Assembly (NCBI GenBank): GCA_049968255.1
Contig: JBMFRB010000003.1
Coordinates: forward strand, 320,998-384,997
Source: Candidatus Sumerlaeaceae bacterium
GTDB taxonomy: Bacteria; Sumerlaeota; Sumerlaeia; Sumerlaeales; Sumerlaeaceae
Length of the DNA stretch: 64,000 bases
Direction: 5' to 3'
Part shown: in pieces, positions 41,542-51,296 of the stretch
How positions within the stretch are numbered: the first letter of the stretch is position 1
Layout of the letters: each line of letters opens with the position of its first letter
Program-made: the position numbers and the translations under genes
Notes under the pieces: model-generated
What the model saw: the letters and a program-made list of their open reading frames with translations, nothing else
What the model was told of the DNA's origin: nothing
The model's database searches: none

Positions 41542-43473
41542 ATGAAGTCCCAACGGCGCTTTCAGCGCATCGTTTTCATCGAACCCAAATCCACACACAT
41601 TCACGTCTACAGCACTGTGCACATCCCCCGAATGGGAAGCATCCTCCTGGCTACGATTCTGCAGGAGCGTGGCTACGACGTCACCGTGATTGTGGAAGAT
41701 ATGCTGCGAAAGCGCATAACCGAAGACATGGTTTGGCACAAGCTCCGTGAGGCGGATCTGCTCTGTATCTCTTCAATCACTCCCACAGCTAATCGCTGCT
41801 ACATGTGGGGGGATCGCGCTCGCGCAGCCGGTATCCCTGTCGTGATCGGCGGCACGCATGTCACCTATTTCCCTGAGGAAGCGCTCGAGCATGCCGATTG
41901 GGTGATGCGTGGGGAGGCTGATGAAACATTCCCCCGCTTCATGGATGTGTTGGAAAGCGGGGGCGACTTTTCCAGCGTCCCGGGGCTCACTTGGCGCGAC
42001 GGCGGACTTATTCGCCATAACCCCGACGCACCTTTGCCCTCATCGAAGATTCTCGAAGCCAATCCATTTCCGAATTTTGATCTCATCTGGGAAGCAAATC
42101 TTCACGGAAATGTCGCAAGCTTTGCCGTAGCACGGGGATGTCCCTACAACTGCTCCTTTTGCTCTGTCACAAAATTCAATGGCGCCGCAGTTCGCACCGT
42201 AAGCGCTGAGCGAACTCTCGACATGATCGAGGACCACTGGAACCGCTATCATCCTCGCTATATCTTTTTCGCTGAGGACATTTTTAACCAAATGAAGACC
42301 CGCGCCAAGCAGATCATGCGCGGCCTCATTGAGCGCAAAATTCGCCCCACCATTGGTTTTGGCGCCCAAATGCGCCACGAGGTCGTGCACGACAAAGAGT
42401 TCCTCGAACTCATGCGCGAGGCTGGATTCGACCGCGCCATGGTGGGCTTCGAGTCTATCAACCAGGCCAGCCTCGATCTGTGTGGCAAGCGCGAAACCGT
42501 TGAGCAGGTGGAATTCGCCATCAAAGAGTTCCATCGCTACAAAATCAAGGTCCACGGCATGTTTGTCATCGGCTTCGACACGGATACACCTCAAACCTAC
42601 CACGATACGCTCGAGTTCGTAAAGAGGTTGGATTTGGACTCCTTCCAGCTCATGCTGCTTACGCCGCTGCCAGGCACCCGCGACTGGCACTCCGACGGAT
42701 TTGGCGATGGGCGTCGGCCACTACTCACGCGCGATTGGAATAAGTATGACGGGCACCATATGGTCCAGGTGCCGAAGCTCATGACAGCCTACGAAGCAAA
42801 CAGGCTTGCTCTCGAGACCATGCGCAAATTCTATTCGCTGCCGCGTGCTTTTTCGCGCCTCCTGCGCGGCGACTGGGTCGAATTCCTTATGCGTTTCGAA
42901 GGCCACTTGCTCATCAAAAAATGGTACAAAACGCCGGAAAATCGCCAGTGGCTCGAATATTTGCGTCGGCAGCTTGAGGAACCAAAAGAAGAACTTGCTG
43001 CAAAGCTCAAGAAACTTCAGCGGCGCGTCCTTGTCGCCCACACGGAGGCAAGTCTGGCCTTCCGGGAAACGATCGATCGCTTCTTCACGGAGCTTGGCGT
43101 GAAAGTCGAGCATTCGCGCTCTGGGCTAGGGGAACTCGTGGCCACTAGCCACGGAACATTAGCAGGATTGCGCGATCGCATCACCGACTACCTCGCTGAC
43201 AAAGGCCTGTTGAAGCGCGACAAAGTGGATTTTGTCGTCGTCCCGATGGACCTCGGTAGTGCCACCAAAATCGAGCCGCTGGAAATTGACGCTGACGCGC
43301 CTCCAGTCATTCGACTCAACATTAACCAGCAAGCCAGAGTGCTGGCCGAGCAGTGCGTACAACTCGCGCTCGCTTACACCGACGATATTATCGCCGCAGC
43401 AGATACGTTCCGCCGAATCATGCTCGAACAGATGCCACAGGCTCAGCCAGCCATGGTTACCGTCAAGAGCTGA
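41542..43473 (+). CDS. B12-binding-domain radical SAM protein with C-terminal extension
   Basis: N-terminal B12-binding-like domain (VVIGGTHVT..PEEA..GEAD), RGCPYNCSFC, GFES, GFDTD, LTPLPGT. Confidence 0.88.
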   Translation: MKSQRRFQRIVFIEPKSTHIHVYSTVHIPRMGSILLATILQERGYDVTVIVEDMLRKRITEDMVWHKLREADLLCISSITPTANRCYMWGDRARAAGIPVVIGGTHVTYFPEEALEHADWVMRGEADETFPRFMDVLESGGDFSSVPGLTWRDGGLIRHNPDAPLPSSKILEANPFPNFDLIWEANLHGNVASFAVARGCPYNCSFCSVTKFNGAAVRTVSAERTLDMIEDHWNRYHPRYIFFAEDIFNQMKTRAKQIMRGLIERKIRPTIGFGAQMRHEVVHDKEFLELMREAGFDRAMVGFESINQASLDLCGKRETVEQVEFAIKEFHRYKIKVHGMFVIGFDTDTPQTYHDTLEFVKRLDLDSFQLMLLTPLPGTRDWHSDGFGDGRRPLLTRDWNKYDGHHMVQVPKLMTAYEANRLALETMRKFYSLPRAFSRLLRGDWVEFLMRFEGHLLIKKWYKTPENRQWLEYLRRQLEEPKEELAAKLKKLQRRVLVAHTEASLAFRETIDRFFTELGVKVEHSRSGLGELVATSHGTLAGLRDRITDYLADKGLLKRDKVDFVVVPMDLGSATKIEPLEIDADAPPVIRLNINQQARVLAEQCVQLALAYTDDIIAAADTFRRIMLEQMPQAQPAMVTVKS

Positions 43474-43546
43474 GCCAGGTGTGCCCCACACACGTGCGGG
43501 TCTGCCTCATGCGGCCACGTAACTAACCCTAAAAGCCAGGTGTTGC

Positions 43547-43584
43547 CGAGCGACGGGCGTCCAAACCGTCGCTCGCTCTATTTT
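43547..43584 (+). terminator. Hairpin between convergent genes, probable terminator
   Basis: Perfect 10-bp stem CGAGCGACGG / CCGTCGCTCG, then CTCTATTTT. Confidence 0.55.
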
Positions 43585-43713
43585 GGCGGCTAGCTCATGT
43601 ATGCCAAGGACCGGCAACGCTCGCAGGCCCCAGCCTTTCGCAAAGCACCGACCGCCAATGACTGAAGTGCGCCTATCCACTCTTAGGAGCAAAGTCTTTT
43701 GGAGACGTGCCGG

Positions 43714-44463
43714 CTACATCCCGTAGTTTAATCGTTCGGCCAGCTCAACAGGGAGTCCCGCATCAAAAATGGCCTGCTGAGCGCGGGCAAGGTCATATTC
43801 CACACGCCGGATCTCGACCTGCTGTTTCTCACGATCATAAAGAGCGAAGCACGCTTCTGGATTGCGGTCACGCGGTTGGCCCACACTTCCCACGTTTACA
43901 AGGTAACGAGCGTTGGGTTTCAACTCGACAACTGGCGACGTCGGGCACGTCAGATTCTCATCGAAGTTCTCGACAACAAACGGCGTATGCGAATGCCCAA
44001 TAAAACAAATTTTCTGCCCAAATGAGCGGAAGGCCTGACGCGCATCACCGAGCGTGATAACATAATTCCATGCCTCGGGAGTGCGCGGCGAAGCGTGCAC
44101 AAAGAGCATATCAGCCACTTCCAGCGACAAAGGAAGGTTGCGTAAAAAATCCTCGTTTTCGGGTGTCAGAACCTTGCGCGTCCACTGAATTGAACGTTTC
44201 GCAATCTCATTAAAATAAGTGATGTCTATCAGCGACAGCGCGGCGTAATCATGATTGCCTGCGATGGTAGGAATGTTGCGCGAGCGCAGAAGCTCAACGC
44301 ATTCGTTGGGATGAGCCCCATAGCCAACAACATCGCCACAGCAGACCGTGAAATCCACATTCGAAGCGTCAATCTCCTCTAGCACCTTTTCTAGTGCCGG
44401 AAGATTCGCGTGGATATCGGAAAAAATGGCTATTCGGCGAGGGTCCAGTCCCTCAATATGCAT
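43714..44463 (-). CDS. Calcineurin-like metallophosphoesterase (ApaH/PPP-related)
   Basis: SDIHAN, GDVVGYG, GNHD, HASP, GHSH, NVGSVGQPRD; 11-nt overlap with the FHA gene. Confidence 0.88.
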   Translation of the reverse strand: MHIEGLDPRRIAIFSDIHANLPALEKVLEEIDASNVDFTVCCGDVVGYGAHPNECVELLRSRNIPTIAGNHDYAALSLIDITYFNEIAKRSIQWTRKVLTPENEDFLRNLPLSLEVADMLFVHASPRTPEAWNYVITLGDARQAFRSFGQKICFIGHSHTPFVVENFDENLTCPTSPVVELKPNARYLVNVGSVGQPRDRNPEACFALYDREKQQVEIRRVEYDLARAQQAIFDAGLPVELAERLNYGM

Positions 44464-45838
44464 AATCTTTCCCAGTCAGTTTTTTGAGCATTTTTGCTGC
44501 TTGTCGCCGGATCACGGGACTCTTGTTCTGCAGAGCAGCTTCCCACAGCGCAACTTGTTCTTCGAGCGAGAGCATGCGCTTCATTTCCGCGCGCAGCTGC
44601 ATAATGTCCTCCGCAGGCTGACTGACCAAGAGCTCGGGGCTTCCTCCCTCCGCGGAGACGCCTGCTTCGCGTCCCGCTGCCGCTGGCGCTAATTCATCTT
44701 CCTCACCGCGAACCGCTCCCTGCGCGGCTTCTTCCCCTTGAAATGCCCCTGCTTCTGCACCTTCGCTAGAAACCTCTGCGGCTTTTTTGGCGCGCTCAAG
44801 TTCACGCTGCTTACGACGGCTTGCGCGTGAAGTTTTTTCTGCGGGCCCCACCGGAGGGGCACTTGGTGCTTCCTTCGGGCCTGTCACTGCGGCCTCGGCC
44901 GCTAATTGTTCCCGACCAAATGTTCTGCTCTTGTCCTCCAAATCGAGATCCTCGAGGCCTATGCCTGCCGGCTGATGAGCCGCGGCTTCTTGCTCCAGAC
45001 GCTCTTCTACCTCCGACCAGTCCTCACTCTCTTCCATCGGTGTTGTCGAAGAAGCAGCCGCTATGGCCTCTTCTGGGGCGGACGGCCGCAGCTCCGGCGG
45101 AAGCTCCGAGACGCTTGCAAAAATGCTGTCTTCCAACCCAAGCTCTTTGGGAACTCTTCCTGCGGGCTGCTCAACTTCCTGCGGCGATGCGTATTTGAAC
45201 AAACACTTTTCCGCACCGATTTCGATTGTGTCCCCTTCGTTGAGCTTTTGCGTGCCGCTCAGCGTCTTGCCGTTGATGCGGGTGCGGCGCAAAGTCCCCA
45301 AGTCACGGATCTCGTACTCGATGCCGTGCCGAACAATCACCGCCTGTTTTTTCGCCAAAAACCAGTCGTCCGCAAGGACAATATCGCATTGTGGACTTTT
45401 GCCGATCGTGAGCTCAGCCTTTGTCAGCCGGAACACCTTGCCTTTCATCTGCCCCTCAGTGAAGCACAGCACACCGATTTTCTCAGGCCGGTCCAACACC
45501 ATTGTGCGTTCGGCTGCCAAAGCATCCACAATCACATCGGAATCGCTAAGCTCCTTATTTATAAAGTGTAGCTGATGTTTGCCGATCGTGATGATGTCAC
45601 CGTCTAGAATCTCTGTCTTTGTCACGCGCACGTTGTTCACGAACGTGCCGTTGGCACTATTGAGGTCCGTCAGGACGTACGAGTTGCCTTGCCGCCGAAT
45701 GCGCGCATGATTGCGCGAAACACTCAGATTCTCGATAACGATGTCGTTGTCCTTCGCTCGTCCGATGCTGATCAGGTCCTTGTCGATGACATAGCGTTGG
45801 ACGATATTGTCGCCTAATTTGACAACGAGTTCTGGCAT
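44453..45838 (-). CDS. Double-FHA domain protein with acidic low-complexity region
   Basis: FHA1 IGR..VSRNHA..DLNSANGT; FHA2 IGK..DLGT; Glu/Ala-rich linker; C-terminal helical tail. Confidence 0.85.
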   Translation of the reverse strand: MPELVVKLGDNIVQRYVIDKDLISIGRAKDNDIVIENLSVSRNHARIRRQGNSYVLTDLNSANGTFVNNVRVTKTEILDGDIITIGKHQLHFINKELSDSDVIVDALAAERTMVLDRPEKIGVLCFTEGQMKGKVFRLTKAELTIGKSPQCDIVLADDWFLAKKQAVIVRHGIEYEIRDLGTLRRTRINGKTLSGTQKLNEGDTIEIGAEKCLFKYASPQEVEQPAGRVPKELGLEDSIFASVSELPPELRPSAPEEAIAAASSTTPMEESEDWSEVEERLEQEAAAHQPAGIGLEDLDLEDKSRTFGREQLAAEAAVTGPKEAPSAPPVGPAEKTSRASRRKQRELERAKKAAEVSSEGAEAGAFQGEEAAQGAVRGEEDELAPAAAGREAGVSAEGGSPELLVSQPAEDIMQLRAEMKRMLSLEEQVALWEAALQNKSPVIRRQAAKMLKKLTGKDYAY

Positions 45839-45953
45839 AGCTCACCGCACTTCGCGTAGCTTGACCGGTCGTGGCTTTCCCAAGTACAAGTCTAGCTTCT
45901 TATGCGCCTCCAAGTCTTGTCAAAAGCTTTTCTTGCCGGAAGAGTTCGACACA

Positions 45954-48806
45954 TCAGCCAATCTCAACAAAAGCAAGCTGAGCGTAAATCCCGGGATATT
46001 CTTCCCGCAAACGGTCAAAACGCCAGCTATGGCATGTGAGCACGATCACTTGCCGACGCTCGGCCAAGTCTGTCAAAAAGCGAACCCCTTGGACGAAGCG
46101 TTCATCATCCCAATGGGCAAAAGGCTCGTCCAAAATGAGGGGGAGCGGGCCGCAATGAGTCGTGAGGATTTCCCCAATGGCGACGCGCAAGATAAAATCC
46201 AATTGATCGCGCGTCCCACGGCTGAGGTAGCCTAACTCTTTGGAACCTTGGAAGACTTTGCCCGTCTTTCCGTCCCTGAGCGTCAGCTCCAGATTCTCCA
46301 ACACGCCCGGTTCAACGTAATGCGGGAGAAGGCGTGGCATCAATTCTTCGAGCTTCATTTTCAGCTCGCGTTGCCAGCTACGTGAGACCTCCTGGTTAAG
46401 CTCGGCGATCAATCGCCGCGCCAGCGCGAGAGCTTCAGCCATTCGCTGGAGCTGTTGCAGAGCTTCCTGCTTTTGGGCGCGCTCGACTTCAATGGCGGGC
46501 ACCTCTGTCCGATATTTCTCGATGACCCGGTCGCATGCCAAAATCAGCTTCTCGTGCTCAGCGCGTTTCTCCTCCAATTCACGTCGTGCCAAAGCAAGTT
46601 CAGTCTCAAGTGCTGTGCGTTTGCGTGCACACAGCTCCGTCAGCTCGAGCAAATGAGGATGCGCTTCGGCCAGAGGCCTAATTCGCTGCTCGATCTGCTG
46701 TTTCTCTTCTATGCGCTGTTTTTCCTCCTCCTCGCTCCAAATTTGGAAAGTCTTCAGCTCAGCTTCGAGTTCACGGTAACGTTTTGCGGAGCGCAAGTTT
46801 TGCTGATACGTTTCGATGCGGGTCTCTATTTTCCCATCCGGCGTACCTGCCTCGTTCAAAATGTCGAGCAGACGCGCCTCAATCGACTCCAGAGCTTTCT
46901 CCTCTTCCGCAATTTCTCGGCGTCGCCGATCATCATCCTCGCGCAAGCGATCACGGACCTGGCGTTGTTGCAAAAAGAGGTCGAGTTTGCGTTCGCACTC
47001 TTGAAGCTCCTTGAGGCTCGGCGAGTCAGAAATCTCCGGATCAACATGACGAATAATTTCGAGAGCCTGAGCGAGATTCTCGGCCCAAAGTTCTCTTTGG
47101 CGTGCCAGATGCTTGCGGTCCTCTACAATTGTCGCTACCGTCCGGTTGACTTGGGCGTAAACCTCCAGACCTAGCAAATCGCCGCTCGAGAGAGCGGCTT
47201 TCTTCCGAATGCGCTCGAACTTTTGATTGAGGTCATCTAATCGGTTGCGCAGTTCGTTGGCGCGGCTCTCCGCCGAAGCTGCAGCCTCCTGCGCGGACCG
47301 TAACAGGTTCTCCACAATCCTCCGAGCACGCCACGCAAACCACATAGCCGTGAGCACGCACACCGCGGCTGCTGCCAAGCTTCCATACGCCACAGGGTTT
47401 AGCCCGTAAAGAAGTCCAGCAATGAAGCCCGCGCCACTGAGAAGTGCGAGAAAAAACCACACAGCCGAGAACGTTCTCAGCGAGGCGATTTTCTTTTCCG
47501 CCTCGCTGCACTGTTGTTGGGCCTGGCCGCGTTTGAGGAGAATCTCCTGTTGAGCGCGTTCGAGTTCCAATTGCTCGCGTTGGTGGCCCCCAAAAAGAAG
47601 AGCGAGTTCCTCACTTTCCAGATGCGAAATCCTCTCCTCCAGCGAGAGCACCTGTTCCACGTCCACCCCCTGGCGACGTAGCGTTGCTTCTCCCTCACGA
47701 ATGCGTCGCTCAAGCTCCTCAATTTCGCGAATCTGGCCCTCGACCGCCAGCAAGAGTTTCGTCAGTCGGCCAGCGTCTGCCTCATTGAGCTTTTCAATCG
47801 TGGCAGGATAATCCGCAAGCGCGCGTTCGACGTCGCTCAAAGGTTCCTTCACCAGTCGATGGAGATCTGCTTGCTTTTTCTTCAGTTGCTCGCGGCGCGT
47901 CTTGAGCTCGCCCCACAGCTTTTGTAGCTCCGCAAAACTCTCTTCAGTATAGCGGGCGTAAGGTCTAAGTTGCTCCTTCTTTTGGAATTTCTCCGCGTGA
48001 TCTTTCTTTCGCTTAGCTTGCTGGCGCAATTCATTCTCGAGCTCCGCAAGCCGCGCCTTATCGCGTGCAAATTCAAGCTCGATAACTCGCTTTTCGAGAC
48101 GCTCAATCTCCGTGCGGGTCAGCTCGAGCTGACGCAAAAGGCCCTGTTGACGGTCGCGTTCTTCATCGCATTGCTGTCGGCGTCGTTCCAACTCGCGAAT
48201 CTCTTTTTCTAATCGATCGATGGCCGTTTCGAGTTTTATCTGCTTATCTTGATAACTCACCGTGACGCAGTCCAAACGCCTGAGTGCTTCCTGCACCGAC
48301 ACGCCCTCTTGCGACGCCGCGGTACTCACCGCACGCTCAATCACAGTTTGCAAATCATGGGTATCCCCATCGGTCGTCGGTGTCGGTTCTTGTCGCAGCA
48401 AAAACGACTGCAAGCATGCTTTGAAGGAAAGCTGAAGTTTGTCCTCGCCAAACGAGTTATTAGGGATGGGGCTTTTGCGGTTTGTGTCCAGATCCACCAA
48501 CAAGTATTCCGGCTTTTTTCCTAGCAGGGCTTCGATACGATAACGCCGATCTGGCGCAAGGGTAAGCTCGAGCCGGAGCAACGGCCGCTCGCGTCCATCA
48601 CTCCACGGCTGGTAGCGTTCCATAGGCTTAAGGGCATCGCGTGGACCCAATTTCGGCGGGGGATAAAGAGAAAACAAAATAGCATCCACGAGCGTAGATT
48701 TACCAAATTCATTGGCAGCGCATAGAACGTTGCACCGCTGTGGCTCGAAGTTGAAAGCGCCAGAAAGTTTGCCGAAGTTGGAAAGCTCGATTCTATTCAA
48801 GCGCAT
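45954..48806 (-). CDS. Rad50/SbcC-like (YhaN-type) ABC-ATPase with long coiled coil and internal TM hairpin
   Basis: NFGKL, Walker A ANEFGKST, long coiled coil, signature LSRGTRDQ, Walker B PLILDEPF, TCH. Confidence 0.85.
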   Translation of the reverse strand: MRLNRIELSNFGKLSGAFNFEPQRCNVLCAANEFGKSTLVDAILFSLYPPPKLGPRDALKPMERYQPWSDGRERPLLRLELTLAPDRRYRIEALLGKKPEYLLVDLDTNRKSPIPNNSFGEDKLQLSFKACLQSFLLRQEPTPTTDGDTHDLQTVIERAVSTAASQEGVSVQEALRRLDCVTVSYQDKQIKLETAIDRLEKEIRELERRRQQCDEERDRQQGLLRQLELTRTEIERLEKRVIELEFARDKARLAELENELRQQAKRKKDHAEKFQKKEQLRPYARYTEESFAELQKLWGELKTRREQLKKKQADLHRLVKEPLSDVERALADYPATIEKLNEADAGRLTKLLLAVEGQIREIEELERRIREGEATLRRQGVDVEQVLSLEERISHLESEELALLFGGHQREQLELERAQQEILLKRGQAQQQCSEAEKKIASLRTFSAVWFFLALLSGAGFIAGLLYGLNPVAYGSLAAAAVCVLTAMWFAWRARRIVENLLRSAQEAAASAESRANELRNRLDDLNQKFERIRKKAALSSGDLLGLEVYAQVNRTVATIVEDRKHLARQRELWAENLAQALEIIRHVDPEISDSPSLKELQECERKLDLFLQQRQVRDRLREDDDRRRREIAEEEKALESIEARLLDILNEAGTPDGKIETRIETYQQNLRSAKRYRELEAELKTFQIWSEEEEKQRIEEKQQIEQRIRPLAEAHPHLLELTELCARKRTALETELALARRELEEKRAEHEKLILACDRVIEKYRTEVPAIEVERAQKQEALQQLQRMAEALALARRLIAELNQEVSRSWQRELKMKLEELMPRLLPHYVEPGVLENLELTLRDGKTGKVFQGSKELGYLSRGTRDQLDFILRVAIGEILTTHCGPLPLILDEPFAHWDDERFVQGVRFLTDLAERRQVIVLTCHSWRFDRLREEYPGIYAQLAFVEIG

Positions 48807-50040
48807 GGCGCAGGCGAATCTCCTTTCCGTGCAAAGCATCGAGGCCGATCATGCGTGCCAGCCTGACGATTTCCAGCTCACCCTCGTTGCGGCGTGTGCG
48901 GGCCGTGGCCTCAATCTCGTCGGTGCGTGCGACAAACTGTCCCACGACGGTTTTTGCTGCCGACACGTCATGGCGTAATGCATCAACGTCGTAGCCGCGC
49001 TCCACATCACCCCAATCTACCACCGCGTGCCAGCAATGCTGTTCCAAAGGACGTTCATCGAGGGCAAACATCTCAAACTCCGAGGCCACTTGACCAGTCA
49101 GCCGGACATACACGATATCCTGGGGACAGACCTCGTGCTGCTCGAAAGCCGCGAGAATGCGCGTGAGAATTTCACCCTGCGAACGCACTTGCGGATCGAG
49201 CTCAACCTCGATATCGACGATGCGATGGGGATCAACCCGCACAAGTTCCCAGCTCGCCGAAGCAACGCCTCCCGGCTGCACTTCTCCGACGATGACAAAG
49301 TGGTCGCGCGTTTCGTCGAGACCGCGTGCCACGAAAACGCCGCTATATGCAGCCCTGATGCGCCCTTGGCCATCCTCTACTTTGGAATAAGCATGATAGT
49401 GCCCCAGCGCCACGTAATCGTAGCCACTCATCACAATATCGCGTGAGCAAAACGAAGGTGTTTCATCGCGTCGGATCCGATCAGCGGCGGGGAACGGGCT
49501 GTCCACTTGTGAGCCGTGTACTAACGCGATGTTGAGCTTGTCTTTCACCACCTTTGGCGCAATGAAAGCTTCATGGCTGCCTAGGGCCGTGCTGCGTGTG
49601 AAGCACGACCCGTGAAAAACAACGTCATCGCGCCAGTGTTCCAAGCACAATGTCGCCATCGCTGTTCCTGTGAAAATATAAACATTCGGAGGATGCGCCC
49701 GTCCGACTTTGCGCTGAAAGTGTGCGCGATCATAATAACTTAGCGGGTGGAAATAGTCGTGGTTGCCGGGAGCGATGATGACCGGTACGCCGACTGACGC
49801 AAAAATTTCAAACAGTTCCGCCGCACTCTCCATGCGGATGGCTTCCTCTTCCCACAAGTCTCCCGGGCACAGCACAACATCGGCGCAGGCCTCGCGCACC
49901 AGCTCGGGCACCCGCCGAAGCGTCTGAAGAATATCTGCTTGCAACCGTCTGCGCTTCTCTGGGGGCAAACGCAATTTCGTCGAGCCGAGCGGCGAGTCGA
50001 GATGTACGTCCGAAAACTGGAGAAAACGGAGTGCTTTCAA
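48793..50040 (-). CDS. Mre11/SbcD-like (YhaO-type) nuclease
   Basis: FSDVHLD, PGDL, PGNHD, LVHGS, YVALGHYH; TTG start; 14-nt overlap with the Rad50-like gene. Confidence 0.85.
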   Translation of the reverse strand: MKALRFLQFSDVHLDSPLGSTKLRLPPEKRRRLQADILQTLRRVPELVREACADVVLCPGDLWEEEAIRMESAAELFEIFASVGVPVIIAPGNHDYFHPLSYYDRAHFQRKVGRAHPPNVYIFTGTAMATLCLEHWRDDVVFHGSCFTRSTALGSHEAFIAPKVVKDKLNIALVHGSQVDSPFPAADRIRRDETPSFCSRDIVMSGYDYVALGHYHAYSKVEDGQGRIRAAYSGVFVARGLDETRDHFVIVGEVQPGGVASASWELVRVDPHRIVDIEVELDPQVRSQGEILTRILAAFEQHEVCPQDIVYVRLTGQVASEFEMFALDERPLEQHCWHAVVDWGDVERGYDVDALRHDVSAAKTVVGQFVARTDEIEATARTRRNEGELEIVRLARMIGLDALHGKEIRLRHALE

Positions 50041-50225
50041 AACGGCAGACCTCCCGTGCCTGGCGATGAGCCCCTAGCACCGAGCCACTCTCCGATTACA
50101 AACGTCCTCCAACCACAATTCGCCACGGTGAACAGATTTGCGCCGAGCATTGTAACAGATCATCACGTATTTCAGCTAAGAAACACCCAACACGCATTTC
50201 GTCGGCAACGCGGAGGAGCTCGTAC

Positions 50226-50495
50226 GTGTCCAGCGAAGAAAAAAAAGAATGGTTCTTTAATACGGATCTGTCGCAGCTCATGCGGTCAGATACCATGCCT
50301 TATCTCATGATCAATGTCATCGCCAGACGAGCAAAGCAGCTCGTCCACATGGACCAGCGGCCGCTGGCCTATCCAGCCAATGGCTCACGGCGGCCAGCCG
50401 ACATTGCGGCTGCGGAAATTTATGAGGGGAAATTACAAATCATCCCCCGCCAGCGGCGTAAGAGCGAGCAGCAAGAAAAGCCACTCGGCATTTGA
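50226..50495 (+). CDS. rpoZ: RNA polymerase omega subunit (divergent)
   Basis: YLMINVIARRAKQL...PL...PADIAAAEIYEGKL matches omega conserved regions; SD GGAGGAG. Confidence 0.7.
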   Translation: MSSEEKKEWFFNTDLSQLMRSDTMPYLMINVIARRAKQLVHMDQRPLAYPANGSRRPADIAAAEIYEGKLQIIPRQRRKSEQQEKPLGI

Positions 50496-50572
50496 CAAGC
50501 CCGCTGTTGCGATTCGACGACTAAGAGATTGCGCGCGACGACATTGCTCCGACACGCGGACAAGAGTCGCAC

Positions 50573-50616
50573 AAAAAGATGAGGCGAAGCAAGGGATGCT
50601 TCGCCTTTCGCTTTTT
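50573..50616. terminator. Bidirectional terminator between rpoZ and the pseudopilin cluster
   Basis: Perfect 10-bp stem AGGCGAAGCA / TGCTTCGCCT flanked by AAAAA on the left and TTCGCTTTTT on the right. Confidence 0.7.
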
Positions 50617-50643
50617 CAAAGCGCTTCGCAGCGCGCCAGATTC

Positions 50644-51279
50644 TTAGAAGCCGAAATTTGTGACGTCGTCCGGCTCTTTTCCTATATCCTCCCACGCCGC
50701 TGGCTGACCATTCGGGCCTCGCGAGCTGATCTGGAATGTCGAAGGATTGTAGTAGCCCGGCGCATAGGGATAGCCAGACGGCAACTCGATGGCTCGCATT
50801 GTCGCGTAAGAATCGGGCGATGGCCCCGAGCGAACATAACGATACGGCGAGCGCCATGGATCCAGAATTTGAACTTGTCCCGGAACAAGCGTGCCGCCAG
50901 CCTCTTCCACCGGTACCCCATTGATATCCCCAAGGAACTCACGATTGATGGTAATGTAGGGGCCGTGCCAGTTGTAGGGCGTTTCCGTTCCTGTACCAAT
51001 GCCCACACTCAGTGCCTGCTGCAAATAACCGCACCCCTGCGCAGGCGACGCTGCTGGGAATGTTCCCGAGCCGCTTCCGCTCGGCGGATACTGTCCCGTA
51101 TCGATCTGGTAACGGTTGATGGCCACTTCGAGTTCGGTAATCATGGTGCGCGCCGCTGCGATACGCGCACGCTCGACTTGCGTTGTGTACACTCCCACCG
51201 AAATTGAAGCCAGGATGCCGAGGATCAACACCACGGCCAAGAGCTCGATGAGGGTAAAGGCTTTTGCGTCCTTTGTCAT
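50644..51279 (-). CDS. GspG-like pseudopilin 1 (closest to canonical GspG)
   Basis: A|FTLIELL, YQIDTGQYP, WHGPY, DPWRSPY, SRGPNG, DDVTNF. Confidence 0.85.
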   Translation of the reverse strand: MTKDAKAFTLIELLAVVLILGILASISVGVYTTQVERARIAAARTMITELEVAINRYQIDTGQYPPSGSGSGTFPAASPAQGCGYLQQALSVGIGTGTETPYNWHGPYITINREFLGDINGVPVEEAGGTLVPGQVQILDPWRSPYRYVRSGPSPDSYATMRAIELPSGYPYAPGYYNPSTFQISSRGPNGQPAAWEDIGKEPDDVTNFGF

Positions 51280-51296
51280 GGTATAACCTTTTTTCT

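Noticed and set aside
50314-51207. 297-aa plus-strand ORF
   Set aside because: Overlaps rpoZ, a terminator and the antisense of pseudopilin 1
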